From IMG/VR virus record IMGVR_UViG_2675903516_000002: a stretch of DNA of 64,000 bases. The stretch is one strand, 5' to 3'. Positions 1-10,906 of the stretch are shown here, in pieces. Source of the DNA: an uncultured virus (IMG/VR IMGVR_UViG_2675903516_000002). Taxonomy: Duplodnaviria > Heunggongvirae > Uroviricota > Caudoviricetes. The notes under the pieces are model-generated. The model saw only the letters and a list, made by a program, of their open reading frames with translations, was not told the origin of the DNA and made no database searches. Every line of letters begins with the position of its first letter. Position 1 is the stretch's first letter. Made by a program: the position numbers and the translations under genes.

Positions 1-428
1 GTTTTCGAGTCATTAACCCATGCAGTCAGATCGCTCAAAGATGGAATAACCACAGTGGAACCATCAGGAGCAATAATGGTGACATCGCCTGTACCAGTGG
101 TTATATCTTGCCAGTCTTCTAATAACTTCTGATATAAAGCCAATTGCACGGCTGTTCTACGCGCCAAGTCAGACATTGAATTTGATACAGTCGTGACAAT
201 TGCATATTCAGAATTGGTAATTGCTATAGCAATATTTCGGGTTATTCGGATTTTAGTATCGCTATCGACAGCAAGTATTTCATATATTACAACCTGCCCA
301 GAGCCAGGAATAAATATCATCTGCCCAGGGGCGATTCCAAATATTGGGTTATTCCATAGCGTACCAACGCCAGTAATCACATTTGTCCCAGCTACGGACG
401 TGACTGTTCCTGCCTCATACCAAGACAT
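1..428 (-). CDS. Tail fiber protein, N-terminal part (truncated by window)
   Basis: Read by hand from ATG at 428: MSWYEAGTVTSVAGTNVITGVGTLWNNP...GTGDVTIIAPDGSTVVIPSL; open to window edge; distal tail position. Confidence 0.8.
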   Translation of the reverse strand, partial: MSWYEAGTVTSVAGTNVITGVGTLWNNPIFGIAPGQMIFIPGSGQVVIYEILAVDSDTKIRITRNIAIAITNSEYAIVTTVSNSMSDLARRTAVQLALYQKLLEDWQDITTGTGDVTIIAPDGSTVVIPSLSDLTAWVNDSK

Positions 429-453
429 AATTGTATTCCTATTAAGTTATTTG

Positions 454-1158
454 TTAGGCATAGCCGAGTGAGGCTTTGTAGTACTGGTCATACAGTGATG
501 TTTCTATATAAGCGCAACCTTTAGAAAATCCATCTGCGGAGCCGCCACCCGCGCTCTGGGAAATTTGCCTGAACACTGGGGTAATAATGCCGGACGAAAA
601 ACCTGTGAAGCAAAACAGAAAAATAAGTGCGGTCGGTGGGTTTGTCCCAGGAATACCTTGAGTTAGCTGCCTTGCTACTGAACAAATTGTGGCACATGGC
701 ATTGTGGGTGCAGGCGTCGTTAACTGTGGGCGCTCCCAAAACTTGATATCTAGCGGTAGGCAATTACCCGTATAAACGAGCTGCCCGTCCTTGTAGAAGT
801 AAATCCCCCACTCTGGGATGTTGGCTACAAATTCTGAGAACACATAAAATCGGATGGTGTGAGCTAATCCCGCTGTACCCGCTGTCGTGTGTACCCGCCA
901 AAAGCCATTCGGGCCTTGTTCGGCGTAGTGAAGAACGCCACCGCTAGCGCCTTGCTGGCTCCCAGTTGATAGTATCTTATGGAAAATGAAACACTTTTTG
1001 GCGTTTGGGACGATAGTTTCGTAATAATGCTGGGCTGATACATCGCCGGTGTAGTCTGCCGTCCTGTCCATCACCTGCACTAATACTGTGGGCGTAAACT
1101 CAGGGGAGGCAAATATCACCCCATCATCACGCGTTATTTGCATGCCAAAGCCGTCCAT
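454..1158 (-). CDS. Tail-tip-associated protein downstream of J
   Basis: MDGFGMQITRDDG and WGIYFYKDGQLVY motifs typical of post-J genes; coupled to upstream ORF. Confidence 0.6.
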   Translation of the reverse strand: MDGFGMQITRDDGVIFASPEFTPTVLVQVMDRTADYTGDVSAQHYYETIVPNAKKCFIFHKILSTGSQQGASGGVLHYAEQGPNGFWRVHTTAGTAGLAHTIRFYVFSEFVANIPEWGIYFYKDGQLVYTGNCLPLDIKFWERPQLTTPAPTMPCATICSVARQLTQGIPGTNPPTALIFLFCFTGFSSGIITPVFRQISQSAGGGSADGFSKGCAYIETSLYDQYYKASLGYA

Positions 1159-1424
1159 TACACTACCCACACGATTATTGAGTTACCCGCGGCGTTTGAC
1201 CACGAGACAGTTCCACCAGAGACAGACACGACTGCTTCTGTTGCAAATGACCCCGCTGTCGTGAAATAAGCTTTAGCCCGAAGGCTTTTTCCAGCAGGCA
1301 CGGTATACGATCGTGAGCCGCTATTGTTCCCAATAAAATAATCCATCATATAAGCAGGGAGAAACGCATTAATCACATCAAATGTACCGCCAGGCATAAA
1401 TAGTTGAGCACCCCATTTAGACAT
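1158..1424 (-). CDS. Small tail-tip-associated protein
   Basis: 88 aa, MSKWGAQLF start, immediately after J. Confidence 0.6.
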   Translation of the reverse strand: MSKWGAQLFMPGGTFDVINAFLPAYMMDYFIGNNSGSRSYTVPAGKSLRAKAYFTTAGSFATEAVVSVSGGTVSWSNAAGNSIIVWVV

Positions 1425-1426
1425 AT

Positions 1427-4400
1427 TTACACCTCCAGTTTTTTCCCAATAACGACGACGATTTGATCACTTTCATTAAATACTGTGATTCGGTTATTAA
1501 CTAACCTCAGTTTCCCTTCGCCAGCAACAGCGCCATTCATTTCAAATGAACCATCCGCAGCCATTCTCGTTCCCGTTTTGCCCGAAACAAAATTAGCTGA
1601 TTTCCATTCACCAATTTTTGCCAGAGTAATTGAGGCGTAATTAATGAATGCCTCATTAATAAACGTCTGCCCATTCTCTATTGCGAATGCAAGTTTATAA
1701 CTGTTATCGCTTGGGTTATAAACACCGAAAGTATTTGCGGAAAATAGAACCTGACTTGTCCAGTTGGCACCATCAAATTCGACCCCTATCGCCATTCCTG
1801 CTGATTTATATACCCCATTAAATTCAGCTCCAACTTTAAGCGTAGTAATGGCGCTGCCCGTACCATCAACTTTAACAACCGTTTCTGCTCGTCGTTCAAT
1901 AGCGGCTGAGTTTTCACCGACCTGTGATTGAACACCTTCAATTATTGTTGCTGTTGCTGCAAGTTCAGTAATAACTGTTTGACGTATATCGAATATTTCA
2001 GCCCTGAAATCACCGTTTTGTTTCTTCCAACGATGAACATCAGCATCATTAGCTAGAGCATTTTCAATAATTGCTTCAGCATTCATATCCAGATCGGATG
2101 ACAATTGCCCGAAGGTTTCTGATCCCTTTATAGCCTGGTCAATGTAATCAATCATGCCGGGAATATCTGACGATGCTACACCGGAGGCTTCAACAAACTC
2201 AGAAACACCAAACGCATTACGAGTCCTGACGTAAACATAATAAGTCGTGTCAGCCTTGAGCCCGTTCAGCGCCCATTGAGTTGAACGTCCTAAAAACTGA
2301 GCCTCACTTTCAATATTTGTCGCACTAGATGCTGGTATTTCTCCTGTCCACCAAAACTCAAAGGTAGTATCTGTTGTGGCTGTAATATTCATTACCGGCA
2401 CAACATCAGCAGAAAATACCCCAGGAGTCCATCTAACAGAAGATGGCATAGGGGGCACACCAATGAGCAAGCTGACCTGTGTTTCTGCGCCCTTCATACC
2501 ATTATCATTGCGTCCACGAACACCAAGAGAATATGTTCCGGCTGGGATGCCAAAGAAGTTATAGCGGAATTGAACTGTTTCGTATTGAGCGAATACTGCT
2601 CCATCCAAGGTATAGACCAACAGCTCAAACACCAGTTTTCTGGTTGTAGTGGCGGTTTCCCACGAAGCGCTTACTTGAACAGTTTCACTGTTCGTATTGA
2701 TGACCCGAAGATTCTCAATATTTGGGACACGATAGCCATTTAGTGTATCTGAAGGGACATCAAATACGGCTCCTTCGTCAACGATGGCTTGCTTATTGGG
2801 GTTATGCAACGTTGCAGATATGCTGTAGATAGAGTTATTTTCATCTTCAGAAATCCCCATTATGCGAAACAACCGCGTAGCTACTTCACTGGTTGAAATT
2901 GCAAACGTAGTACCATCTCTAACCCAGGCTGGAGCCACTTTCAGCGTGATAGTAGAACCATTAACTGAGGCAATTTCATATTTAGTGAACTTCGCGTTAG
3001 CGCCCATGATAGACATGGTGTCGCCATTCCCAGCCAATGTGGACACATCGGCATCAACATTGATCACTACGCCACTGTGACTAACTATACGTCCACCGAG
3101 CCTGGTTGCTGCTCGGTTGTTATCCATTAACTCAATGATGTCGCCTGGGATAAACCCAATAGCATCCCGCGCCATACGAAACGTTACTTTGTCCTTTTCA
3201 AGTTTGGCGCTTTCAACCAACCATTTTGCTGTCCTACGGGCCTGACCGCGTGACGTACAACCAAAGGCTTCAATGGTGGTCTCGTTGTATGCACCACTGC
3301 TGCTGATCATCTCATCATCAGAGTAGTATTCTTTCACTTGTTCCCAACCGTTATTGGGATCAGTCCAAGATACAACCACCGCGTTGTATCGCTCTGAGCG
3401 CTTCATTGCGCTATAAGTGAATAGCCCATCAACGACGCTGGCATTCGTTACAACAGCTACCGGGTCTTGTGGTCGGTCGATCATGATGGAAAAGCGCATG
3501 CCATCCCACAAAGCAATGCCGCGAAACATGCCCGCAATATCATCCAGCAGTTCGCGCGCGCTCTTCTGCTCGGTGATGTAGGCATTTAAGGTAAAGCGCG
3601 GTTCTTCTCCGCCGAAACCATCTTCTACTTTTTGATCACAGAACTGTGATAGTACGTACAGGCTGCCGTCATCAACATCAACGTATCCAGCGCGACGAGC
3701 CAACCCATAGCGCGTATTTTTAACCAACATGCGGAATATCCACGCCGGATTATTAGTCCATGCAGATTTGAAGCCACCTAACCAAAGCCCGGTATATGTG
3801 CGGGTTATTGGGTCATAATTATCGGGAACATCAACAATTATCCCTCTCAGATGGGAGGTTCGATTCGGTGTGTCGGTGTACTGGTCTCGGTCAATAACGG
3901 CACCACAAACAGCGGTGTATGGGTAAGAAAGGTTATCGTCAATGATTTCAGTGTAGCTATTCCACGCAGTGCCATTATTTAGAAGGTCACTCGTGCTATC
4001 TGGAGTTACGCGGCGCACACGGATATCAAATGGCTTGGTCTCTGGGGCATCAATAACATGGGCCTCCAGATATTCACCTGAAATCTTGCCTGTGATCGTT
4101 ACCGTTTTTATCGGCGTAAATGCACCATTTCCCACCCTTGTCTCAATAACCATCGTTACCGAGGTATTTCTTTGGTTACCCTGTGTATCCTGCTCAACCA
4201 AGGCATTAACGCCCACATTAAGCCGAACGCGCGTTACGTTATTATCAGTAACCGTGCGCACCAGAGGAGTGGCCTGCGTAACGTCTGTATTAACAATAGT
4301 GGTGGACTCTATAGCAGAGAAACCATTGATTGGGAGCTGCGTTGCTGATCCTGGGCGCCAAGCGACACTCACACCAGGGACACTGACGACACCGGTATTA

Positions 4401-4567
4401 TTGGTAATTGGCGTTTTATTCAATCTGAATGAGGAGAGGTGTTCCTGATCTACTGGGCCGTAAATTGGCCCCTCAGAAATAATGTCCAGAACGCGATAGA
4501 ACTGCTTTGACGTGAGGTTGTCATTAATAAGTGTTGGCGTACTTCCGCCACCGCCGCCTGAACTCAT
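1427..4567 (-). CDS. J: Tail tip / host specificity protein (lambda J-like)
   Basis: 1046 aa; ISEGPIYG, WTNNPAW, EPRFTLNAYI, AFGCTSRGQARR motifs. Confidence 0.95.
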   Translation of the reverse strand: MSSGGGGGSTPTLINDNLTSKQFYRVLDIISEGPIYGPVDQEHLSSFRLNKTPITNNTGVVSVPGVSVAWRPGSATQLPINGFSAIESTTIVNTDVTQATPLVRTVTDNNVTRVRLNVGVNALVEQDTQGNQRNTSVTMVIETRVGNGAFTPIKTVTITGKISGEYLEAHVIDAPETKPFDIRVRRVTPDSTSDLLNNGTAWNSYTEIIDDNLSYPYTAVCGAVIDRDQYTDTPNRTSHLRGIIVDVPDNYDPITRTYTGLWLGGFKSAWTNNPAWIFRMLVKNTRYGLARRAGYVDVDDGSLYVLSQFCDQKVEDGFGGEEPRFTLNAYITEQKSARELLDDIAGMFRGIALWDGMRFSIMIDRPQDPVAVVTNASVVDGLFTYSAMKRSERYNAVVVSWTDPNNGWEQVKEYYSDDEMISSSGAYNETTIEAFGCTSRGQARRTAKWLVESAKLEKDKVTFRMARDAIGFIPGDIIELMDNNRAATRLGGRIVSHSGVVINVDADVSTLAGNGDTMSIMGANAKFTKYEIASVNGSTITLKVAPAWVRDGTTFAISTSEVATRLFRIMGISEDENNSIYSISATLHNPNKQAIVDEGAVFDVPSDTLNGYRVPNIENLRVINTNSETVQVSASWETATTTRKLVFELLVYTLDGAVFAQYETVQFRYNFFGIPAGTYSLGVRGRNDNGMKGAETQVSLLIGVPPMPSSVRWTPGVFSADVVPVMNITATTDTTFEFWWTGEIPASSATNIESEAQFLGRSTQWALNGLKADTTYYVYVRTRNAFGVSEFVEASGVASSDIPGMIDYIDQAIKGSETFGQLSSDLDMNAEAIIENALANDADVHRWKKQNGDFRAEIFDIRQTVITELAATATIIEGVQSQVGENSAAIERRAETVVKVDGTGSAITTLKVGAEFNGVYKSAGMAIGVEFDGANWTSQVLFSANTFGVYNPSDNSYKLAFAIENGQTFINEAFINYASITLAKIGEWKSANFVSGKTGTRMAADGSFEMNGAVAGEGKLRLVNNRITVFNESDQIVVVIGKKLEV

Positions 4568-4576
4568 ATTTTCACC

Positions 4577-5104
4577 TTAGCTAATAGAGATGTTCCAGTC
4601 TTTGTTATTGCTGGTATCAATACCAAGTGACCCCACGTTTGACCCAACAACCATTTCACCCAACAGCAATGGAACAGGACGCCCCTGTCCGACTTTGTTT
4701 TCAGCGCTAGTGTATGAGTTGTTCGTTATCGAACCGCTTTGTGCTGATTCAGCCGAGGTCTTGGTTTTCATGTTCGAGGTCATATAGAGCGAATAAGCTA
4801 CAGAGGCCACGGTAACGGCGACCATGATCCACGCTGCGGCCACAGCAGTTATTGCCCCCTCAACAACCGGAACAAACAAGACCGTCGCGCCATCCCTTAA
4901 GTGCCGATCCATATGGAAATTAAGCGTGTCACTGGAAACGTCATTACCATCAATCCGTATTCGAATTTTTGATTTATAGAAGTCACGTTTGAATTCAGGA
5001 CATTGAGCGAGAAGAAGACGCAATCCCTGCGAGGTGGTATCAACTGTTAAAGTGACCTGGCGGAAATGTCGTCGAAGATTCCCCGCAAATCTAAATATGA
5101 GCAT
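4577..5104 (-). CDS. I: Tail assembly protein (lambda I-like)
   Basis: VPVVEGA and QGRPVPLLLGEMVVGS motifs; synteny. Confidence 0.9.
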   Translation of the reverse strand: MLIFRFAGNLRRHFRQVTLTVDTTSQGLRLLLAQCPEFKRDFYKSKIRIRIDGNDVSSDTLNFHMDRHLRDGATVLFVPVVEGAITAVAAAWIMVAVTVASVAYSLYMTSNMKTKTSAESAQSGSITNNSYTSAENKVGQGRPVPLLLGEMVVGSNVGSLGIDTSNNKDWNISIS

Positions 5105-5775
5105 TGTTCATGCCTCCAGACAGAATGGGTAAGGCGTAGGTAAGCTGGCCGTAGTTGTTCTCGACGGCTTAGACGTCCGATGTTTTCATGATGAAGAATG
5201 GTGTTATCACCGAGATAAATCATGGCGTGGCAAGGGTCGGTTTCAGGGAATGCACGCCGGATAAGCACATCACCTGGCTGAATATCTTGCATCTCAATCG
5301 GATGAAATCTATTGGCTGGCATGTTCTTCAAGTAAAGGTTTTCGCCTCGAAGCCACCAACCGTTAGTGCGTTCAAAATCAGGTAAGTCGATGCCGCATAA
5401 GTGGTAGGCGTCACGAAATAGCGTGTAGCAGTCCATCACACCATGCTTGAAAGTCCGACCTAGCAGGTACTCTACAGGTCTAAATTTCCGAAGCTTTCCA
5501 CCGCTAGCCAGCCACCAATCGATACCGGTTGCCAGTTGGGCTGTCCGATCTGCGCCAGATAGCACTAACTTTTGCCCTGGGTGAGAATGAAAAACGGCGG
5601 TGATTTCTCCCGCCGCTTCAGCATGCAACCAGTCATCGTCACTTATCCTGAAATGTCGCTCAGGTGTCGGATGCGCATTCCTGCACTTAATCAGACTCCT
5701 CCCATCAACTATCAGGCCGCAAACCTCATCACCAGACGAGGCCGCGAACTCAAGGCATTCATTTTCAAGCATCAT
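5047..5775 (-). CDS. K: Tail tip assembly protein (lambda K-like; JAB + NlpC/P60)
   Basis: EVCGL, HSHP...SGAD, DCYTLFRDAY motifs. Confidence 0.93.
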   Translation of the reverse strand: MMLENECLEFAASSGDEVCGLIVDGRSLIKCRNAHPTPERHFRISDDDWLHAEAAGEITAVFHSHPGQKLVLSGADRTAQLATGIDWWLASGGKLRKFRPVEYLLGRTFKHGVMDCYTLFRDAYHLCGIDLPDFERTNGWWLRGENLYLKNMPANRFHPIEMQDIQPGDVLIRRAFPETDPCHAMIYLGDNTILHHENIGRLSRREQLRPAYLRLTHSVWRHEQCSYLDLRGIFDDISARSL

Positions 5776-6476
5776 GACACCTTAGCTGAACCGGGGAAGC
5801 CGCCGAACGGCAGCGAGGAAGGTTTCGGATAGCGTTTACGGCACCCTGACGGATGCTTAGAACACTTATCTTTTGATGGGTCGGATGTCGGGATATCTTT
5901 ATCATCAGCAACTGGCGGCCCAGAGTAACCACAGCCATCACCGCGATATATCCACTGGCAAACATCAGCCAGGATAGTACGCGCGGGAATAATGGCATTA
6001 TCACAGTCAACAGGAGTGGCAAGGTTGTAAGTCACTGTCTCGAAAGTTTCCTCAACCATTTCTTCAATCACGTAGCGGGAAACAACTTCCATCGTGGTAT
6101 CCGAATCTGGATTGCCACCAGGAAAATTAACTGCATCAAGATTTTGAACCAGAACCTGCCGCCGCGTTACGATCGCGCCCAATGCATCATCAAAATCGCT
6201 GTTAATACCGGTGATTAGGCCGGTGATATTCGCAACCTTCATGGTCGGGCGAGAATATGTACCTTCTGATTTAACCTCAAAGCCTTCAACAGCTATCGGA
6301 TAAGCTGAGTATTGCCGCCCTTTCCAGATAACATCACCGTAATAACCGTTAGTTCCAGAGTGAAAGCGGATAACATCACCGCCGAATGACTGCAAATCAA
6401 CCTCGAATAGGTCAATCATTGCGCCAACGCCAGAGTCCACACTCTCAATTATTAAATTGGCTGGTATATCGCGCAC
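5772..6476 (-). CDS. L: Minor tail protein (lambda L-like)
   Basis: CQWIYRGDGCGY...DKCSK...GC...PFGGFPG Cys cluster. Confidence 0.95.
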   Translation of the reverse strand: MRDIPANLIIESVDSGVGAMIDLFEVDLQSFGGDVIRFHSGTNGYYGDVIWKGRQYSAYPIAVEGFEVKSEGTYSRPTMKVANITGLITGINSDFDDALGAIVTRRQVLVQNLDAVNFPGGNPDSDTTMEVVSRYVIEEMVEETFETVTYNLATPVDCDNAIIPARTILADVCQWIYRGDGCGYSGPPVADDKDIPTSDPSKDKCSKHPSGCRKRYPKPSSLPFGGFPGSAKVS

Positions 6477-6603
6477 GACTAACTCCCATTTAAAAAGCCA
6501 CCCAAAGGTGGCTACTGTCTGAATATCAGAGGTTATCTGAGTTGCATATGATAATGTTGGCCCCAGAGAACTTAGACATTTGCTGTCCGAGAGAGGAACC
6601 TAG

Positions 6604-7158
6604 ATGTTTGGCTGGCGTAAAAACAAGTACGATAATAACTATATCAAGTCATTGCTTAATATTCCGACTCATCCTCCTGAATGGCATCCCAATGTAGAGA
6701 TTGCTGTCGGAGGGTTAACAGAGGTGGGTTTCTCTCATCTACAAAATCACCTGTTGCTGGTCGTATCATCCTCGGGGCGGGGAGTATTCAACTGTATTAC
6801 TGGCGAAAAGGTTGCCAGAGATTTTGAAGAATACGGGGACTGGTACGATCCAATAAATTTAACCTGCAAAGGCATAGGGACATTAGCAGGTGAGGATATT
6901 TCCATTGCTGGCCTATGTGGCGGCGGATTGCCAATGTGTAATCATTACGGTGAAACATTGATACGGGCGGCACCAGAATGGCCTATTGAGGTCTTAATCT
7001 GGTGTCCACCAAGTAAAGATGCATTATGCATAGGCCATCAGGAGGGATGTTTCAAACTGGTTTCCGACCATTTCCGTTGCACGGGATTTTCGTGGGATGG
7101 TGATTTCATCATTTCCGCGACCAGTAGTGATATTACTATTTGGCATAGAAAACGATAG
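6604..7158 (+). CDS. Moron, hypothetical protein, antisense to tail operon
   Basis: 184 aa ORF with GAGG RBS inserted between M and L. Confidence 0.75.
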   Translation: MFGWRKNKYDNNYIKSLLNIPTHPPEWHPNVEIAVGGLTEVGFSHLQNHLLLVVSSSGRGVFNCITGEKVARDFEEYGDWYDPINLTCKGIGTLAGEDISIAGLCGGGLPMCNHYGETLIRAAPEWPIEVLIWCPPSKDALCIGHQEGCFKLVSDHFRCTGFSWDGDFIISATSSDITIWHRKR

Positions 7159-7171
7159 TTTCGCCAGAGCA

Positions 7172-7525
7172 CTACCGCGGAACTTGTTCAAATGTGGCGG
7201 CAAGTTCAAACAATATACCGGTCTTTGTCAAACTCCAGGAGCGACAGACAAACATCTTCTGCACCCCCGTATCAGGTGGTGTCCAGTAGAATGCCTCCAC
7301 AGACATTCGATTTTTGATAAATGCCTCAGCAGCTTTCGCAGCGTTTGGACGGTTACATTTACTGTCATCAATCCCTTTAAATGTCAGCGAGTAACTATCC
7401 ATCAGCGGATTAATGCCTTTAACTTGCCGCTGTTCGTAACCATCGCCAAGTTTAACGACGGCAACATTTGGCGCGCGGGAAGCCGTGAAGCCTTTTTGTG
7501 GGCTCCATGTGAATGTTTCTGGCAT
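7172..7525 (-). CDS. M: Minor tail protein (lambda M-like)
   Basis: ETFTWSP, GDGYEQR, AFYWTPP, ATFEQV motifs. Confidence 0.93.
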   Translation of the reverse strand: MPETFTWSPQKGFTASRAPNVAVVKLGDGYEQRQVKGINPLMDSYSLTFKGIDDSKCNRPNAAKAAEAFIKNRMSVEAFYWTPPDTGVQKMFVCRSWSLTKTGILFELAATFEQVPR

Positions 7526-7537
7526 GGGGTTTTCCTG

Positions 7538-10500
7538 TTACTTGCGGAGTAAGCCGTTTGGCCGCTGCTGGTCTTTAATGGTGTTAAGGCTGACTGTCTT
7601 CATCATTGCAGCCATTTTCTGCATTGTGGCGTCATCGATGCCGTTAGTCGTCTCGATGTGGAAATGAATTTCCTGCTGAACAACTGTGCCAGCACCACCA
7701 CTCCCACCCTGCATATCCTTATTGCTGATGACCTTGCCATTATCGCCGGGGATCATGTATTGCTTGCCGGTTCCCGCCTGGTATATCTCAGGTGCACCGC
7801 CCTCACCGACTCGATACATTTCGCCTGCTGATACAGGGCCTCCGTTTTTACGCGCGCCAGCCATGGCCAGTCCCTTAGACGCTGCTAGCGCTGTGCCATA
7901 AGCAGTGGTACCGACCGTAGAAGCTCCGCCCATTGTCGCGATGGAGGCGCTCACTGCCGCTGGTGCCCATGCCGCCGCTGCTGCGGTTGCCTGTGCTGCT
8001 GTTGCAGCAAGAGCAGTAGTAGCCGCCGCCTGCCCCATAATCATATTTTTGACCTGCTGCATACCCATTTGGACTAATGCATTAACACCCTCTTGGATTA
8101 TTGTTGCAGCAAGATTCTTCATAGCCTCTTCTGCTGACTGAGTACCCGTCAGAAGCCCAGTCAGCATATTGGTTGTGCGCTGACCTAAAGCATTAATGGA
8201 GCTCGCTAAATATTGGTTGGATTGGCTTTGGTTCCTCCATATTTCCCACTGAGCAGCTAGTCGAGCTTGTTCATACTGGGTATTGGCGGCATTGCGAAGA
8301 GCTAGTGCCTGCTGCTCAGTTAGCGTTTTATCCTCTTCAAATTTTTGAATCAGTGCTAACTTTTGAGCGTTTTCATTAGCCAACGCCTGCACCGGGTCAA
8401 CTAATGCGGCATTTTGCTGTTGTGGCATTACTGCGCTGGCGGCTGATGCCTCGGCAATAGCTCTGGAGTAGTCAGCGGATATTTGAGCACGACGTTGCTG
8501 TGACTGTTCGAAAGATATATCACCTGCCGCGAGCTGTCGGTCTAACTGTGATAAATCCAACTTACGTTGCTGCTCGGCCTTGGCGACACTATCAGCATCG
8601 ATCGCAGCCTTTTTATCAGCTATGCGTTGTTGAATATCAAATATCTGACCGGCTTGTTGTGTGGCCTGCTGGATCTGCTGCTGAGACGCGCCTGAACCTA
8701 AGTCCTGAACAGCAGCAAGTTGCGCGGCTTCACGATTGAGTCCTTTTGTCTTTAATTCAGCAACGGCCATTTCATTGCTTAAATCCTGCAATGATTTAAC
8801 CCGGCGTTTCTCTGCTGCTTCGGCGGCGGTTTCTTCCTTCGTGGCTGCGGCAGTTTCCTTTTTCAGCGCAGCCTGTGCAACTTGCTTATCATAAGCGGCA
8901 CCAGCCTGTTCGCGGCCAATTCTGACAGTATTGTCATCAGCATTAATAGCTCGAAGTTCTTGCTCTGTTTTTAGTTGTGCGCGCTTACGTAAGTCTGTTT
9001 CAGCAAGCAATTCATTTTGTTGGTATAGGTCATCTAAAACCTTTTGTGCTTTTGGGTCTCGTTGAATGGATAAGCTAGTTGAGTTAAACCGCTCTTTGGC
9101 CCCACTAGCGACGTTAATTGCTTGTCCTAACTTATTCATCATTCCAGCGACAACGCCCGCTTCCTGACCATCTCTTCTGAGGAGATCTATTCCTTCAAGC
9201 AAAGTTCCATTTAATGCAGCTCTGCCGATATTTACAGCGTTTTGTGTCTTATCTACTCTATTTTGTGCAATTGAAAGTTCATTGGCTGCAATCGCAAGCC
9301 TGTCTTGAGCACCAGTTAACGCCTCTGCCGCTTGTCGTCCCGTTGTCGTATTTAACCCGTAATCTTTTATTACTTTAGTGTAATTACTGACGCTATAAGC
9401 AGCGTTGTCATAGGCTTCTTGGGCCACTGCCAATGATTTATTTAATATTGGCATTGATGAATTGAGTTTTGCTATTTCAGCACCAAGCTGAACGTTACTC
9501 ATCTCTTTCATTTTTCCGACTAAAGCAGATACTCCGTCAGCAAGTTCATTAGCCTCTTTCTTGGCTTCCTGTGCTTTTTGGTAGAAATAGAATATTGCCC
9601 CGGCCGCTAATGTAGCTGCTCCAACAGGACCACCGACTAACGACAAAGCACCACGCAACAAGCCACCAGATATAGATGCCGCAGAGGCCGCCGCAGACGC
9701 TTGCTTTTGAGCCAAGACGTTAGCAACAAGCGCCCGATTATAATTACCAGTAGCAGTTGCTGCCTCAAGGCGAGCAGCCGATAATCTCACTTCGGCTGCT
9801 GTCGAGTTTGCAGCATTGAATGCACTCGCCTTTTGCATCTGCGCGAGTGTTATCTCCTCAATTGCTCTGACTTTCGCTGACTGAGCCGCAATAAGGTTAG
9901 CTACTGACTGATTAGCTGCGGCCTGTGCTGCAAGATTGTCAGCCAAAGCAGCTTGACGCGCTGATGATGCTTTTTGCACCTGAGCCGCCGATGCTAATGT
10001 GAGTGCAGCAACGTAGCGAGAACCGATTATTCCTGCAACAACACCAATAACAGTAGCGATCGATTCAAGGTTTTCACTGAGTGAAATAACTGATGAATTA
10101 AATACATTCAATGTTGTATTGACTGAAGATGATTCACCAACAAATTTAGTAATGTTATTAGAAGCAACGGTAAATGCCTGCCCCATAGTGAGAACGGTAT
10201 TGCCGAACTCTTTGGCGATCGCATCGCTTTGCTTCAGCAGTCCATTAACAACAACGTCGGTTGTTAACTTACCTTCAGCCGCCATAGCGCGTAGCTGACC
10301 AACGGTAACGCCGAGTGAATCAGCCAAACCAACGGCCAACCGGCTGCCGTTCTCTGAAATAGAGTTAAACTCTTCCCCGCGCAGCACACCAGAAGCTAAT
10401 GCTTGTGAAAGCTGGATCATGGTCGAACTGGCTTCTTCGGCCGTTGCGCCGGAAACTACCAACCCCTTGTTAATCGTGGTTGTTAATTTGGCTAGGTCTG

Positions 10501-10906
10501 CCGTACTGGTTCCCGCACTTCTCGTGGCCCTTTCTAATCGCCCGTATAACGTGGCGGTTGCCTCAAGACCAGCGCGTGTATCCTGAGAAATATCAAATAC
10601 ACGATTAGTTACGGTGAATAAATCTTCATTAGCCCTTACTGCGTTAACCAACTTATTATTTACTGTTACCCATGCATTTCCGTATTCGGCAACCTGCTGG
10701 ACTGACAACGCGGTTGCTAATGAGGTTGCCACACGACTTAACGAAAACATGGACTTTTCAGCGCGTTCAACTGACTTTGCAGTTGAATCAAATTTCCCTT
10801 CCATCTGATCAAGACGACTATTTACCTGTTGCTGTGACGTGATCAGCTTGCCTAATTCCATGTCTACCTGATAGACAATCCCGCCCACATCTTTTCCATC
10901 AGACAT
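7538..10906 (-). CDS. Tape measure protein
   Basis: 1122 aa Ala-rich; QLSQALASGVLRGEEFNSI motif; C-terminal GGPV...YRVGE. Confidence 0.95.
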   Translation of the reverse strand: MSDGKDVGGIVYQVDMELGKLITSQQQVNSRLDQMEGKFDSTAKSVERAEKSMFSLSRVATSLATALSVQQVAEYGNAWVTVNNKLVNAVRANEDLFTVTNRVFDISQDTRAGLEATATLYGRLERATRSAGTSTADLAKLTTTINKGLVVSGATAEEASSTMIQLSQALASGVLRGEEFNSISENGSRLAVGLADSLGVTVGQLRAMAAEGKLTTDVVVNGLLKQSDAIAKEFGNTVLTMGQAFTVASNNITKFVGESSSVNTTLNVFNSSVISLSENLESIATVIGVVAGIIGSRYVAALTLASAAQVQKASSARQAALADNLAAQAAANQSVANLIAAQSAKVRAIEEITLAQMQKASAFNAANSTAAEVRLSAARLEAATATGNYNRALVANVLAQKQASAAASAASISGGLLRGALSLVGGPVGAATLAAGAIFYFYQKAQEAKKEANELADGVSALVGKMKEMSNVQLGAEIAKLNSSMPILNKSLAVAQEAYDNAAYSVSNYTKVIKDYGLNTTTGRQAAEALTGAQDRLAIAANELSIAQNRVDKTQNAVNIGRAALNGTLLEGIDLLRRDGQEAGVVAGMMNKLGQAINVASGAKERFNSTSLSIQRDPKAQKVLDDLYQQNELLAETDLRKRAQLKTEQELRAINADDNTVRIGREQAGAAYDKQVAQAALKKETAAATKEETAAEAAEKRRVKSLQDLSNEMAVAELKTKGLNREAAQLAAVQDLGSGASQQQIQQATQQAGQIFDIQQRIADKKAAIDADSVAKAEQQRKLDLSQLDRQLAAGDISFEQSQQRRAQISADYSRAIAEASAASAVMPQQQNAALVDPVQALANENAQKLALIQKFEEDKTLTEQQALALRNAANTQYEQARLAAQWEIWRNQSQSNQYLASSINALGQRTTNMLTGLLTGTQSAEEAMKNLAATIIQEGVNALVQMGMQQVKNMIMGQAAATTALAATAAQATAAAAAWAPAAVSASIATMGGASTVGTTAYGTALAASKGLAMAGARKNGGPVSAGEMYRVGEGGAPEIYQAGTGKQYMIPGDNGKVISNKDMQGGSGGAGTVVQQEIHFHIETTNGIDDATMQKMAAMMKTVSLNTIKDQQRPNGLLRK

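Noticed and set aside
193..471. Plus-strand 92-aa ORF
   Set aside because: Shadow of the minus-strand tail fiber gene
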